Shown: piece after piece, positions 1 to 7,923 of the stretch
How the letters are laid out: every line of letters begins with the position of its first letter
Numbering within the stretch: the first letter of the stretch is position 1
Assembly: GCA_910586245.1 (NCBI GenBank)
Contig: CAJUFY010000004.1
Coordinates: 32,573-96,572, forward strand
DNA from: an uncultured Christensenella sp.
GTDB lineage: Bacteria > Bacillota > Clostridia > Christensenellales > Borkfalkiaceae
Length of the DNA: 64,000 bases
Direction: 5' to 3'
Notes under the pieces: model-generated
Told to the model about the DNA's origin: nothing
What the model saw: the letters and a program-made list of their open reading frames with translations, nothing else
Database searches by the model: none
Made by a program: the position numbers and the translations under genes

Positions 1-2214
1 CTCGTAAACGGCATTCAAATCGAATTGCAGGACTATACGACGACGGATTTCGAAGTGACCGCGAAGAACGAGGCGGGCGATCGCGTGACGGTCGTCGAGC
101 GCGCGCCGCGCACGGGCATCAACTTTACTTTCGAAGTCGAAGGTCGGTATTCCAACTTCGAGTACAAAGTTTATTCTTCGCCCGGTTGGGCGAACCTCGC
201 CGAATTGACGGTGAACGGCTTCAAGGATCTGGCGTCGCAAAAATGCGCCGATGCGGCGTCCGTTTCCACCGAAGCGGGCGGCACGGTATATTCGTTCGAT
301 TATCTTACGTATATCCACAAAGTCGTCGGCGCGGAGCAGGTGGAAATTTCAAGCGACGGGTCTTCGTGGGAACCGGTTTCGGCGGAAGGCGTCGAAGCGG
401 TGTGCCGTTACGTGCGCGTTCTCGGCGCGGGACAGGTGAAACTGTACGGAATGACGGTTGCCAAAGACCTTGCGCGCGGGTTGCGGGGCGCGGTGTCCGA
501 CTATTCCAACGAAAGTTTTAATGCCGAAAAGTGTACGACGAATCCCGAACACGTCGACGGGCGCAACCAGTTCTGGTGCGCGGAAAGCGCGGGCGGGGAG
601 CATTGGCTCAAACTCGATCTCGGGAACGCGTGCTACGTGGAAGAAGTGGTGCAGAAATTCCAGGATTACAAAAACGGTTATCGGTTTAAGATCGAAGCTT
701 CGCTCGACGGCACGGCGTGGACGAGTTTGTTCGATTCGTACGGCGCGCCCGTTTCGGGGCAGGAATTTTCGGCAAAGGCGGGGGATTTCTACCGCTACGT
801 GCGGCTCACGGTCATGACGGAAGGGAACGACTTTGCAAACAGTAACCAGCTGCAGGTCATCGGATACGGTTCGCCCGTCAAAGAGGGCTGGTGGCAGCGG
901 GAGTCGGGCGTCGTCCGTTATTATCCCAAGGAGCAAAAAGTTTCCATTGCCGAAATGCGCAAGAAGCTCGACGAATACCGTTCCAACGGGTTTAAGGTGA
1001 TCGAAGTGCACCAGCCCTACGAGGGGCAGGGCGATATCTGGAGCGGACTGGGCGCGACGGATAATTACAACGCGGACCCCGTGAACGGCACGCTGGACGA
1101 TTGGGCGGCGTTTCTCGATCGGGCGCACGAACTGGGCATGTACGTGTTCATGTTCGGGAACGTCGGATACGCACGCTGCACGGCGGAGTTCTTCCAAAAG
1201 GCTTGCCTCGATTATGCGAACGGCGTGCAGTCGCCCGAGCGCGACTGGTTCCTGTTCAGCGAAACGAATCCCGACCCTGCGAAGTGGTTCTGGAGCGACA
1301 CGGCGAACGCCTATTATTACGCGTACTGGGAAGAAGGCGGACAGATTCCCAACTACAACTTCGATACCGAGGCGTGGCAGAACGAAGCGGAGCGTTACGT
1401 AACGTACTGGGCGGACTTCGGGTTTGACGGCGTTGCGCTTGACGCGCCTCCCGCTTATTACTTCGGTTCTCAGGATCCCGCGGCGGTCACTTACGAACAT
1501 ATTACCAAGCCATTGCTTGCGCGCAATATCATGGTGTTGCCGGAAGGGACGGGCGATCACAACTATATTTATTCCTATCATTACAAGGCAGTCCAGAATT
1601 ACAATATGGGCGGATGGGGCGGCGGCGCCTGGAGCCTTGGCATCGACGCCGTAACCGATCGGAACGCCCGCTCGATCGACGATCTGATCAAGGGCGGACG
1701 CGACAACGTGATTGCGCTGGGCGGATCGAGCATTGCAACGCTGTGTTTCGAACAGAAGTACGAGAACGTGGCGGACTATAAGCGGATTGCAGAAGCGGCG
1801 CTGCTCACCACGAGCGGACATATGGCGTTCCTACATGCTGGGACGAGCGCGTTCGTCGGGCAGGACATTATCGAAAAGACCTGGTCGGATGAACTGAAAG
1901 ATTCGGTCTTCGGGCTGTTCCAACTGCAAAACAGTTATTCGGCGTTCAACGTGAGCGGCGCGCGCTACCGCGTGCCCACCAACGACGACACCGTGTATTA
2001 CGCATACTGCCGCAGCGACATGAAGGGCGGACAGCGCGCGCTGGTCGTGTTCAACTATTCGGGCGAAGAGGCGGAAATCGAAGTCGATCTTCGCAATGCC
2101 GGCGTCGGCGGGAATTTCGTCGATCTGCTCACGGGCAATATGGTCGCCGCGGAGGGGAACGTTTTGAAGCTGACCGTTCCGAGCGCGTCGTTCGTCATTC
2201 TCGGCAGGTTTTAA
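1..2214 (+). CDS. Large glycoside hydrolase: F5/8 type C (discoidin/CBM32-like) module followed by a GH13-like (alpha-amylase superfamily) catalytic domain. The 5' end is cut by the window edge.
   Basis: The frame is open from position 1 (no stop in codons 1-24; track ORF 25..2214). Discoidin-like stretch: FWCAESAGGEHWLKLDLG...YRFKIEASLDGTAW. GH13-like blocks: DDWAAFLDRAHELGMYVFMFGNVGY and FGFDGVALDAPP. A beta-sandwich-like tail follows. No signal peptide is visible, consistent with truncation. Confidence 0.65.
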   Translation, partial: LVNGIQIELQDYTTTDFEVTAKNEAGDRVTVVERAPRTGINFTFEVEGRYSNFEYKVYSSPGWANLAELTVNGFKDLASQKCADAASVSTEAGGTVYSFDYLTYIHKVVGAEQVEISSDGSSWEPVSAEGVEAVCRYVRVLGAGQVKLYGMTVAKDLARGLRGAVSDYSNESFNAEKCTTNPEHVDGRNQFWCAESAGGEHWLKLDLGNACYVEEVVQKFQDYKNGYRFKIEASLDGTAWTSLFDSYGAPVSGQEFSAKAGDFYRYVRLTVMTEGNDFANSNQLQVIGYGSPVKEGWWQRESGVVRYYPKEQKVSIAEMRKKLDEYRSNGFKVIEVHQPYEGQGDIWSGLGATDNYNADPVNGTLDDWAAFLDRAHELGMYVFMFGNVGYARCTAEFFQKACLDYANGVQSPERDWFLFSETNPDPAKWFWSDTANAYYYAYWEEGGQIPNYNFDTEAWQNEAERYVTYWADFGFDGVALDAPPAYYFGSQDPAAVTYEHITKPLLARNIMVLPEGTGDHNYIYSYHYKAVQNYNMGGWGGGAWSLGIDAVTDRNARSIDDLIKGGRDNVIALGGSSIATLCFEQKYENVADYKRIAEAALLTTSGHMAFLHAGTSAFVGQDIIEKTWSDELKDSVFGLFQLQNSYSAFNVSGARYRVPTNDDTVYYAYCRSDMKGGQRALVVFNYSGEEAEIEVDLRNAGVGGNFVDLLTGNMVAAEGNVLKLTVPSASFVILGRF

Positions 2215-2226
2215 GTGGGAGGAAAC

Positions 2227-4023
2227 ATGAATAAAATTTTAAAATCCTTTGCGGGATTGTTTACCTTTGCGTTTGCGGTGAGTACGCTCGCCGCCTGCGC
2301 GCCCGGCGGACAGGGCGGAACGCCGAAGCCGCCCGAACCGAATCCTCCCGTCGTCGATCCCGTGCCCGAAATCCCCGAAAACGCCATCGTGCTTACTTCG
2401 TCCAACGCGACCAATACGGCGACTTCCTATTTTTCGGCAAGGTATTCCGACGAAGGGATTCATCTCGACGCGTACGTGCTGGACGACGATATCCATTCGG
2501 AAATTTACTATTCGCACGGCTACGACGACAACGTAGAGTACCTCGTCGGAACGAAGTACGAAGGGCAAACGGGCTGGGACGCAGGCAATACTTTGCATTT
2601 CCTGATTACCGCCGACGGCGACACTTCGTTCGAACGCGCCGTTTCAAGCAACGGCTTGGGCAAGAGCTACGCGCCCGACTTGTACTGCGTCTACGGCAAA
2701 AACTTTTCCTATTCGTCGGAGTTAACGCCCTTCGGCTATCGGACGTCGGTGTTTCTCGGCTACGAGCTGTTCGGCGTCGACGCGGCGGCGGGCAGAAATA
2801 ATTTGTACGTTTGTCCCGCTATGCGCAATACGCACGATTACGCCGATACGGTGTGGACGCCTTTTCGGGAGGGCGGGTGCGACTGGGGCAACGCTTCCTC
2901 TTTCCTGCGCGTGGGCGAAAACGGTTACGTGATCGACCGAAGCAAAGAAACGGAGTTGCTGATTCTCGGCGATTCTCAGCTCGAAACGGCAAACTGGAAG
3001 ACTTTCGTCGGTGATTTTAAAGAAACGAACGTTGTGAATCTTGCCGCTTCCGGCACCAAAATCATCGATTGGCAGAATCGCATTCAGAGCATTGCCGATT
3101 ACGCGCCGCGCAACGTGGTGGCGTACGTGGGCATGGACGAGATCGCTTCCGCCGAGGAAACGGCACTCGTCGCGCAGACGGAAACCTTGCTGGAAAAAAT
3201 CACGATCGCGTTGCCCAAAGCGGAAGTGTACGCCGTCAATCTGCTCGGCGAAACGAGCGGCGCGAACGGGCAAAAGATCGAACAGTTCAATGCCGCGCTC
3301 GCGGCTTCGGCGCAGGAACTCGGCGTAACCGTGATCGACGGCGCGGCAGTGCTCTCGCAGTCGGGCGCGCTGAAAGCGGGCTATGCGGGCACGGACGGAA
3401 AACGTCTCAACCAGCTCGGTTACAACGTGCTTTCCAAATTGATTCGCGGCGCCGTCGGAATCGCGGGCGCGCAGTCGGGCGCGTTCGGCGACGGCAGTAT
3501 GTACGCTTCTTCGGCGGCAGTTGCCGAAACGGCGGGCGTAACCGTACTTGACGGCGTATACGACCAGTATACCTATTTCAAGAATTGCGGCGGCGAAGCG
3601 TTCTATGCGGAAGCGGAACTTTCGGCGGAACGGGTTTACAATTCCGACGCGTATCCCAAATTCGGCATCGTCCTTTCTTCGGGAGAAGAATCGCTGTTCT
3701 TCTACGTCGACGGAAGCAACGGATTGCAAAACAAGAGCGTGGGGTACGTCGAGTACGACCGCAACAATACCTGGAAGTGGGAATCGAGCGTTGAACAGAG
3801 CTGTGAAATCTCTTATGCGCAGGGCGGATATTGCAAGCTGGCGCTGTTAAAGTATCAGGGTTATCTGTTCTTCTACGTCGACGGCGAATTGATCTTCACG
3901 TTAGACGGGCTGGACGCGTACGGGGTTTCGGGAAACACGGACGTCGGCATTCTTTCGTTCAATACGAAATTGCTGTTGAAAAACGCCCGTTATACGGAAG
4001 AAAATTTATCGGATTATATGTAA
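2227..4023 (+). CDS. Lipoprotein with a CBM9/DOMON-like N-terminal module, an SGNH/GDSL-type esterase domain and a C-terminal jelly-roll (LamG/ConA-like) module
   Basis: ATG 2227 follows GGGAGGA (2216-2222). Lipobox in MNKILKSFAGLFTFAFAVSTLAAC. SGNH-like blocks: LLILGDSQ and GTDGKRLNQLGYNVL. N-terminal YFSARYSDEGIHLDAYVLDD resembles CBM9-like modules. C-terminal FFYVDG...LFFYVDGELIF. Confidence 0.6.
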   Translation: MNKILKSFAGLFTFAFAVSTLAACAPGGQGGTPKPPEPNPPVVDPVPEIPENAIVLTSSNATNTATSYFSARYSDEGIHLDAYVLDDDIHSEIYYSHGYDDNVEYLVGTKYEGQTGWDAGNTLHFLITADGDTSFERAVSSNGLGKSYAPDLYCVYGKNFSYSSELTPFGYRTSVFLGYELFGVDAAAGRNNLYVCPAMRNTHDYADTVWTPFREGGCDWGNASSFLRVGENGYVIDRSKETELLILGDSQLETANWKTFVGDFKETNVVNLAASGTKIIDWQNRIQSIADYAPRNVVAYVGMDEIASAEETALVAQTETLLEKITIALPKAEVYAVNLLGETSGANGQKIEQFNAALAASAQELGVTVIDGAAVLSQSGALKAGYAGTDGKRLNQLGYNVLSKLIRGAVGIAGAQSGAFGDGSMYASSAAVAETAGVTVLDGVYDQYTYFKNCGGEAFYAEAELSAERVYNSDAYPKFGIVLSSGEESLFFYVDGSNGLQNKSVGYVEYDRNNTWKWESSVEQSCEISYAQGGYCKLALLKYQGYLFFYVDGELIFTLDGLDAYGVSGNTDVGILSFNTKLLLKNARYTEENLSDYM

Positions 4024-4036
4024 TCAACGAAAAAAA

Positions 4037-4064
4037 GGCTGCGGGAAACCGCAGCCTTTTTTTT
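4037..4064 (+). terminator. Rho-independent terminator
   Basis: GGCTGCGG-GAAA-CCGCAGCC followed by T8. Confidence 0.85.
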
Positions 4065-4074
4065 AGGGAAGGAC

Positions 4075-4105
4075 TTGACAAAATCGGGGGGGGGTATGAT
4101 AAACT
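4075..4105 (+). promoter_or_regulatory. Sigma-A-type promoter with a G9 homopolymer tract in the -35/-10 spacer
   Basis: TTGACA at 4075-4080, AAATC, G9 at 4086-4094. -10-like hexamers follow: GATAAA 4098-4103 (17-nt spacer) or TAAACT 4100-4105 (19-nt spacer, preceded by TGA). The core CTTGACAA..ATC-G9-TA is the same as at 14775-14795. Confidence 0.55.
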
Positions 4106-4139
4106 GGATACGAGAATTTGATATCAGGAGGGAATGGCG

Positions 4140-4544
4140 ATGTTAGCAACGAGAAAGCTTCGGTTCGTAAACGCGGGGTTATCGATCGCGTTATTTCTGA
4201 CGTTGTATGCGAATGCGTTTTATTACGCGGGGAATGCGGATCCCGATTTTGCCGATTGGCTGCTCTGCGGTTATTATCTTTTATATCTCGCCGTGTCGGT
4301 TGCGTTCTGTTGTCGGGACAAGGATTACGGAAAAAATTATTACGTTGCCATGGCAGTGTTTGTCATGCTTTTACCGTTGATTCTTTGGATTTACGTGATT
4401 GCAGACGGGTTTTCGAGCGGGGCATGGATCGATTTCAAACGAAACTGGCAACTGATCGCTGCAACCGTGTTTGCCGTTGCCATGGCAATCGTGATGACCG
4501 TCGGCGCGGTCGAACAAAGGTACGATCGCCTGTATCGAAAATAA
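4140..4544 (+). CDS. Small integral membrane protein, unknown function (about 4 predicted TM helices)
   Basis: Track ORF 4134..4544. AGGAGGG at 4126-4132 favours the second ATG (4140); 4134 is the alternative. Hydrophobic segments: LSIALFLTLYANAFYY, LLCGYYLLYLAVSVAF, VAMAVFVMLLPLILWIYVI, LIAATVFAVAMAIVMTV. Flanked by terminators on both sides. Confidence 0.6.
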   Translation: MLATRKLRFVNAGLSIALFLTLYANAFYYAGNADPDFADWLLCGYYLLYLAVSVAFCCRDKDYGKNYYVAMAVFVMLLPLILWIYVIADGFSSGAWIDFKRNWQLIAATVFAVAMAIVMTVGAVEQRYDRLYRK

Positions 4545-4548
4545 CGTA

Positions 4549-4586
4549 CGAGGCGCGCGATGCATCGCGCGCCTCGTTGTTTGCTT
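4549..4586 (+). terminator. Rho-independent terminator
   Basis: CGAGGCGCGCGA-TGCA-TCGCGCGCCTCG followed by TTGTTTGCTT. Confidence 0.75.
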
Positions 4587-4726
4587 GAAAAATATTTTTG
4601 CCGAAAGGGGAACGAAAGAACTTTCACCACTTGACAACCGACTGCGTTTCGGGTATAATAAAATCAATCGTGTCGTACTCTGCCCCAAGCGGAGTTGACT
4701 TGGCAAAAATTCAAGGAGGCTGTATT

Positions 4727-6343
4727 ATGGTAACACTTAGCAGCCTGCTCCTTGCAGCGGATACCTGGATGGTGATCCTCTTCCCGATTCTCGCATTGAT
4801 TTTAGGCGGGGGCGTCGGCGTAGCGGTAACCTGGGTGCTTCGCAATAAGAGTGCAAAAAGAAAGTCAGAAAAGAAACTCGACGATACTTCGAAACGCGTC
4901 GAGGAAATGCTGAAAGCCGCGGAAGCGGAGAGCAAGCAACTGAGAAAAGAAGCGATCTTAGAAGCAAAGGAACAGGAAATTAGAAGAAGAAACGAGTTCG
5001 AACAGGAGATGAAGGAGAAACGCGCCGAACAGCAGCGCGTGGAATCCCGTCTTACCCGTCAGGAAGATCTGCTCGAACGCAAAGAGGAAGAGATTGCGAA
5101 GAAATCCGAATCTCTCGATCAGCAGAAGGCGGCTTATCAGCAAAAGCTCGAAGAAGTCGAAAAGAAGCAGGAACAGGTTTCCCGTCAGCACGAGCTGATG
5201 GTGCAGGAGTTGGAACGCGTCGCCCAGCTTACGAAGGATGAGGCGAAAAAGATTCTGACCGAAGAAATTTTGGACGAAACCCGCCGCGACTGCGCGATGC
5301 AGGTGCGCAACCTCGAACAGCAGGCGAAGGACGAATGCGATCTGAATGCGAAGAATATTATTTCGCTCGCCATTCAGCGTTGCGCTTCCGACCACGCGTC
5401 GGAAAGCACCGTTTCCGTCGTGCCCCTTCCCAACGACGATATGAAAGCCCGCATCATCGGGCGCGAAGGACGCAATATTCGCGCGATCGAAAACGCAACG
5501 GGCATCGAGCTGATCATCGACGATACGCCCGAAGTCGTCATTCTTTCGGGCTTCGATCCCGTCAGAAGGGAAATTGCGCGCATTACGCTCGAACGGCTCA
5601 TTCAGGACGGCAGAATTCACCCCGCCCGTATCGAAGAAACGGTGGAAAAAGTCACCAAAGAACTCGATCAGCAAATTAAGGCGGCGGGCGAAAACGCAAT
5701 GTTCGAAGTGGGAATCTTCGGCTTGCACCCCGAACTCATCAAACTGATCGGCCGCTTAAAATACCGTACGAGTTACGGGCAGAACGTTTACCGCCATTCC
5801 ATCGAAGTTTCGCAGCTTGCGGGGCTCATGGCGCAGGAACTGGGGCTGGACGTAAACTTTGCAAAGCGCGCGGGGCTTCTGCACGATATCGGCAAAGCCG
5901 TCGATCACGAACAGGAAGGCACGCACATTCAGATCGGCGCCGATCTTGCGAAAAAGTTCAAGGAGAACGCGATGATCGTGAACGCGATCATGGCGCACCA
6001 CGGCGACGTGGAACCCAAAACCATCGAAGCGGTGCTCGTACAGGCTGCCGACGCCATTTCGGGCGCGCGCCCGGGCGCGAGAAGGGAAACGGGTTCGAAC
6101 TACGTGAAGCGGCTCGAAAAACTCGAAGCCATCGCCACGGGATTTGCGGGCGTGGACAAGAGTTACGCCATTCAGGCGGGCAGAGAGGTGCGCGTCATCG
6201 TAAAGCCCGATCAGGTGGACGACGCCAAAGCGCTGTTCCTTGCAAAGGACATCGCAAAGAAGATCGAAAGCGAACTCGAATACCCCGGTCAGATCAAGGT
6301 AAACGTGATCCGCGAATTCAGAAGCGTAGAATACGCGAAATAA
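4727..6343 (+). CDS. rny: Ribonuclease Y (N-terminal TM anchor, coiled coil, KH and HD domains)
   Basis: ATG 4727 is preceded by AAGGAGG (4713-4719); the track ORF starts upstream at 4598. TM segment: [21 protein letters not shown]. Long E/K/Q-rich coil. KH: [15 protein letters not shown]: LLHDIGKA...AHHGD. Confidence 0.95.
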   Translation: MVTLSSLLLAADTWMVILFPILALILGGGVGVAVTWVLRNKSAKRKSEKKLDDTSKRVEEMLKAAEAESKQLRKEAILEAKEQEIRRRNEFEQEMKEKRAEQQRVESRLTRQEDLLERKEEEIAKKSESLDQQKAAYQQKLEEVEKKQEQVSRQHELMVQELERVAQLTKDEAKKILTEEILDETRRDCAMQVRNLEQQAKDECDLNAKNIISLAIQRCASDHASESTVSVVPLPNDDMKARIIGREGRNIRAIENATGIELIIDDTPEVVILSGFDPVRREIARITLERLIQDGRIHPARIEETVEKVTKELDQQIKAAGENAMFEVGIFGLHPELIKLIGRLKYRTSYGQNVYRHSIEVSQLAGLMAQELGLDVNFAKRAGLLHDIGKAVDHEQEGTHIQIGADLAKKFKENAMIVNAIMAHHGDVEPKTIEAVLVQAADAISGARPGARRETGSNYVKRLEKLEAIATGFAGVDKSYAIQAGREVRVIVKPDQVDDAKALFLAKDIAKKIESELEYPGQIKVNVIREFRSVEYAK

Positions 6344-6351
6344 TAACGAAC

Positions 6352-6384
6352 CGCCGTACGCGCTGCCGTGCGGCGTTTTTTTAT
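6352..6384 (+). terminator. Rho-independent terminator after rny
   Basis: GCCGTACG-CGCTGC-CGTGCGGC followed by a T-run (TTTTTTTAT). Confidence 0.8.
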
Positions 6385-6476
6385 TCGATTCAACGGAAAC
6401 GTACACCATAAACGGGCTTTGCGGCATAAAATGCAGTACGGTAACTTACCGATATTTTATACCACAGAGGTCTGAT

Positions 6477-6785
6477 ATGTGTAATACCTGTAATCACTGC
6501 GGCTGCAACCGTTGCGGTTGCAACGGCTGCTGTCACGGCAATGCTTTTACGCGCGCAATCGACAACCTTTTTTCCACTTGCAACTGCGGCTGCAACGGCT
6601 GTAACAACGGGTGCGGTTGTAATCGCAGCGGCTGCGGTTGCGGCTGCGGAAGCTCGGTCAATCTGAGCGCGTTTACTTCCTGCAATGCGGATAACGATGC
6701 GTACTATGCGCGGCAATACGCGCTCACGACGAATCGTTCGGGATGCGGTTGCGGCTGCCGTTGTTCGCACTGCTGCAATTTTTAA
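6477..6785 (+). CDS. Cysteine-rich small protein (24 Cys in 102 aa; three CxC/CGC clusters), function unknown
   Basis: GAGG lies 6 nt upstream of ATG 6477. Its own hairpin terminator is at 6790-6828, and the rny terminator lies upstream, so the gene appears monocistronic. Clusters: MCNTCNHCGCNRCGCNGCCH, CNCGCNGCNNGCGCNRSGCGCGCG, GCGCGCRCSHCCNF. No signal peptide or TM segment. Confidence 0.6.
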   Translation: MCNTCNHCGCNRCGCNGCCHGNAFTRAIDNLFSTCNCGCNGCNNGCGCNRSGCGCGCGSSVNLSAFTSCNADNDAYYARQYALTTNRSGCGCGCRCSHCCNF

Positions 6786-6789
6786 CTGA

Positions 6790-6828
6790 AAAAGGCGGCG
6801 CGCCGTGCGGCGCGCCGTTTTTTTTACG
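6790..6828 (+). terminator. Rho-independent terminator
   Basis: GC-rich palindrome GGCGGCGCGCCGTGCGGCGCGCCG followed by T8. Confidence 0.85.
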
Positions 6829-6912
6829 TTTATTTTTCCATAAAATCCTTGCCAACTTTTGCGCGGAGTGTTATAATAACGCAGTAATACGGATCGCAGA
6901 AGAAGGCGTCGC

Positions 6913-7890
6913 ATGAAACTTCCCAAACTTCAAAAACCGAATAAAAGACAAGTGCATAAATTTTTATTGCATTTGTTGATCGTCGTCTGCGGAAACGCCG
7001 TCGCTTCGGCGGCTTCTGCATTTTTTATCATTCCGAACAATTTCGTCATGGGCGGGACGACGGGGATCGGTATTTTTATCCGCAATCTGCTCGGCGGTTC
7101 GAACGAGTGGGCGGTTACGCTTACGGTTTACGTGGCGAACGTCTGTCTGTTTATCCTCGGTTCGTTTTTGTTGGGAAAAAAGTTTGCCGCGGCGACGCTG
7201 GCGGGTACTTTGCTCTATCCATCCTTTTTGAGTTTGTTTACGTTTTTGAACGATCTGTACGTCAAAGCGAACGGCGCGCCGATTTCCGCGAACGATCCGC
7301 TGTTGGCGGCAGTATGCGGATCCTTGCTTTTCGGGTTCGGGATCGGGATCGTCGTACGGATCGGGGCGAGCACGGGCGGCACGGATATCCCGCCGCTCAT
7401 CTTCCATAAATATTTCAATTTGCCCGTTTCGGTCGGCATTTGGGGGCTCGATCTTTTCATCTGTCTGATACAGCTCGTTGCAATTTCGCTCGATACGGTG
7501 CTTTACGGGATTTTCATTACGTTGCTTTCGGGCTTTGTCGTCGGGCTGATATCTCCGATCGGCATGCGCCGCGCGCAAGTTATGATTATCAGTAAAAAAT
7601 ACAAAGAACTGCGCGAAATGATTCTGAATAAAATGAACCGCGGCGTCACCTTGCTGTACGGGAAGACGGGCTTTTTGCAGGACAAAACGTTCGTACTGCT
7701 GACCGTCGTTTCCAACCGCGACGTGGTGCGGCTGAAAAACGAAGTTCAGGCGATCGATCCCGAAGCTTTTTTAATGGTAAACGAAATTTCCGAGGTGCGC
7801 GGAAGAGGATTTTCTTCCGACAAGATCGCGCTCCCCAAGGAACAGGAAAAATTGGATCTTATCGAAGTTTCGGACGACGAAACCGAATAA
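6913..7890 (+). CDS. YitT-family membrane protein (DUF161 repeats plus C-terminal DUF2179 domain)
   Basis: Multi-TM N-terminal part with GGTTGIGIF and STGGTDIPP motifs. C-terminal soluble domain: RGVTLLYGKTGFLQDKTFVLLTVVSNRDVVRLKNEVQAIDPEAFLMVNEISEVRGRGF. Confidence 0.8.
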   Translation: MKLPKLQKPNKRQVHKFLLHLLIVVCGNAVASAASAFFIIPNNFVMGGTTGIGIFIRNLLGGSNEWAVTLTVYVANVCLFILGSFLLGKKFAAATLAGTLLYPSFLSLFTFLNDLYVKANGAPISANDPLLAAVCGSLLFGFGIGIVVRIGASTGGTDIPPLIFHKYFNLPVSVGIWGLDLFICLIQLVAISLDTVLYGIFITLLSGFVVGLISPIGMRRAQVMIISKKYKELREMILNKMNRGVTLLYGKTGFLQDKTFVLLTVVSNRDVVRLKNEVQAIDPEAFLMVNEISEVRGRGFSSDKIALPKEQEKLDLIEVSDDETE

Positions 7891-7923
7891 AAAAATCCCG
7901 CATGCAATATGCGGGATTTTTTT
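7889..7923. terminator. Bidirectional hairpin terminator shared by convergent genes
   Basis: A6-TCCCGCAT-GCAAT-ATGCGGGA-T7. Confidence 0.85.

Noticed and set aside
349-1821. Long antisense or off-frame ORFs. Examples: 349..1821(-), 2722..3729(-), 20010..20942(-), 20063..21256(+), 24024..24893(-), 31398..32774(-), 36483..37664(-), 56854..58488(-), 59526..61031(-).
   Set aside because: They lie entirely inside well-supported genes on the other strand or frame. They are Arg/Ala/Pro-rich with no recognisable motifs and lack an SD or terminator. These are the typical shadow ORFs of GC-rich coding DNA.
4598-4726. N-terminal extensions in the ORF track. Affected ORFs: rny 4598, pepV 9304, Fe-S hydro-lyase beta 17065, tcdA 24694, GH43 35256, YiiX-like 50480, ilvA 53298, BSH 52843, PolC-like 60410.
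   Set aside because: In each case an internal start with a good SD coincides with the family-typical N-terminus or signal peptide. The upstream part overlaps a neighbouring gene or has shadow-ORF composition.
6390-6926. 178-aa ORF antisense to the Cys-rich gene
   Set aside because: It is an Ala/Thr/Val repeat produced by reading (GCN)n through the TGC-GGC repeats. It runs through the terminator hairpin at 6790-6828 and into the start of the YitT-family gene. The plus-strand ORF, by contrast, has an SD and a terminator.
6344-6926. RiPP precursor interpretation of the Cys-rich peptide
   Set aside because: No cyclodehydratase, LanB/C/M, radical-SAM maturase, protease or dedicated exporter is adjacent. 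The neighbours are rny and a YitT-family gene, each separated by a terminator.
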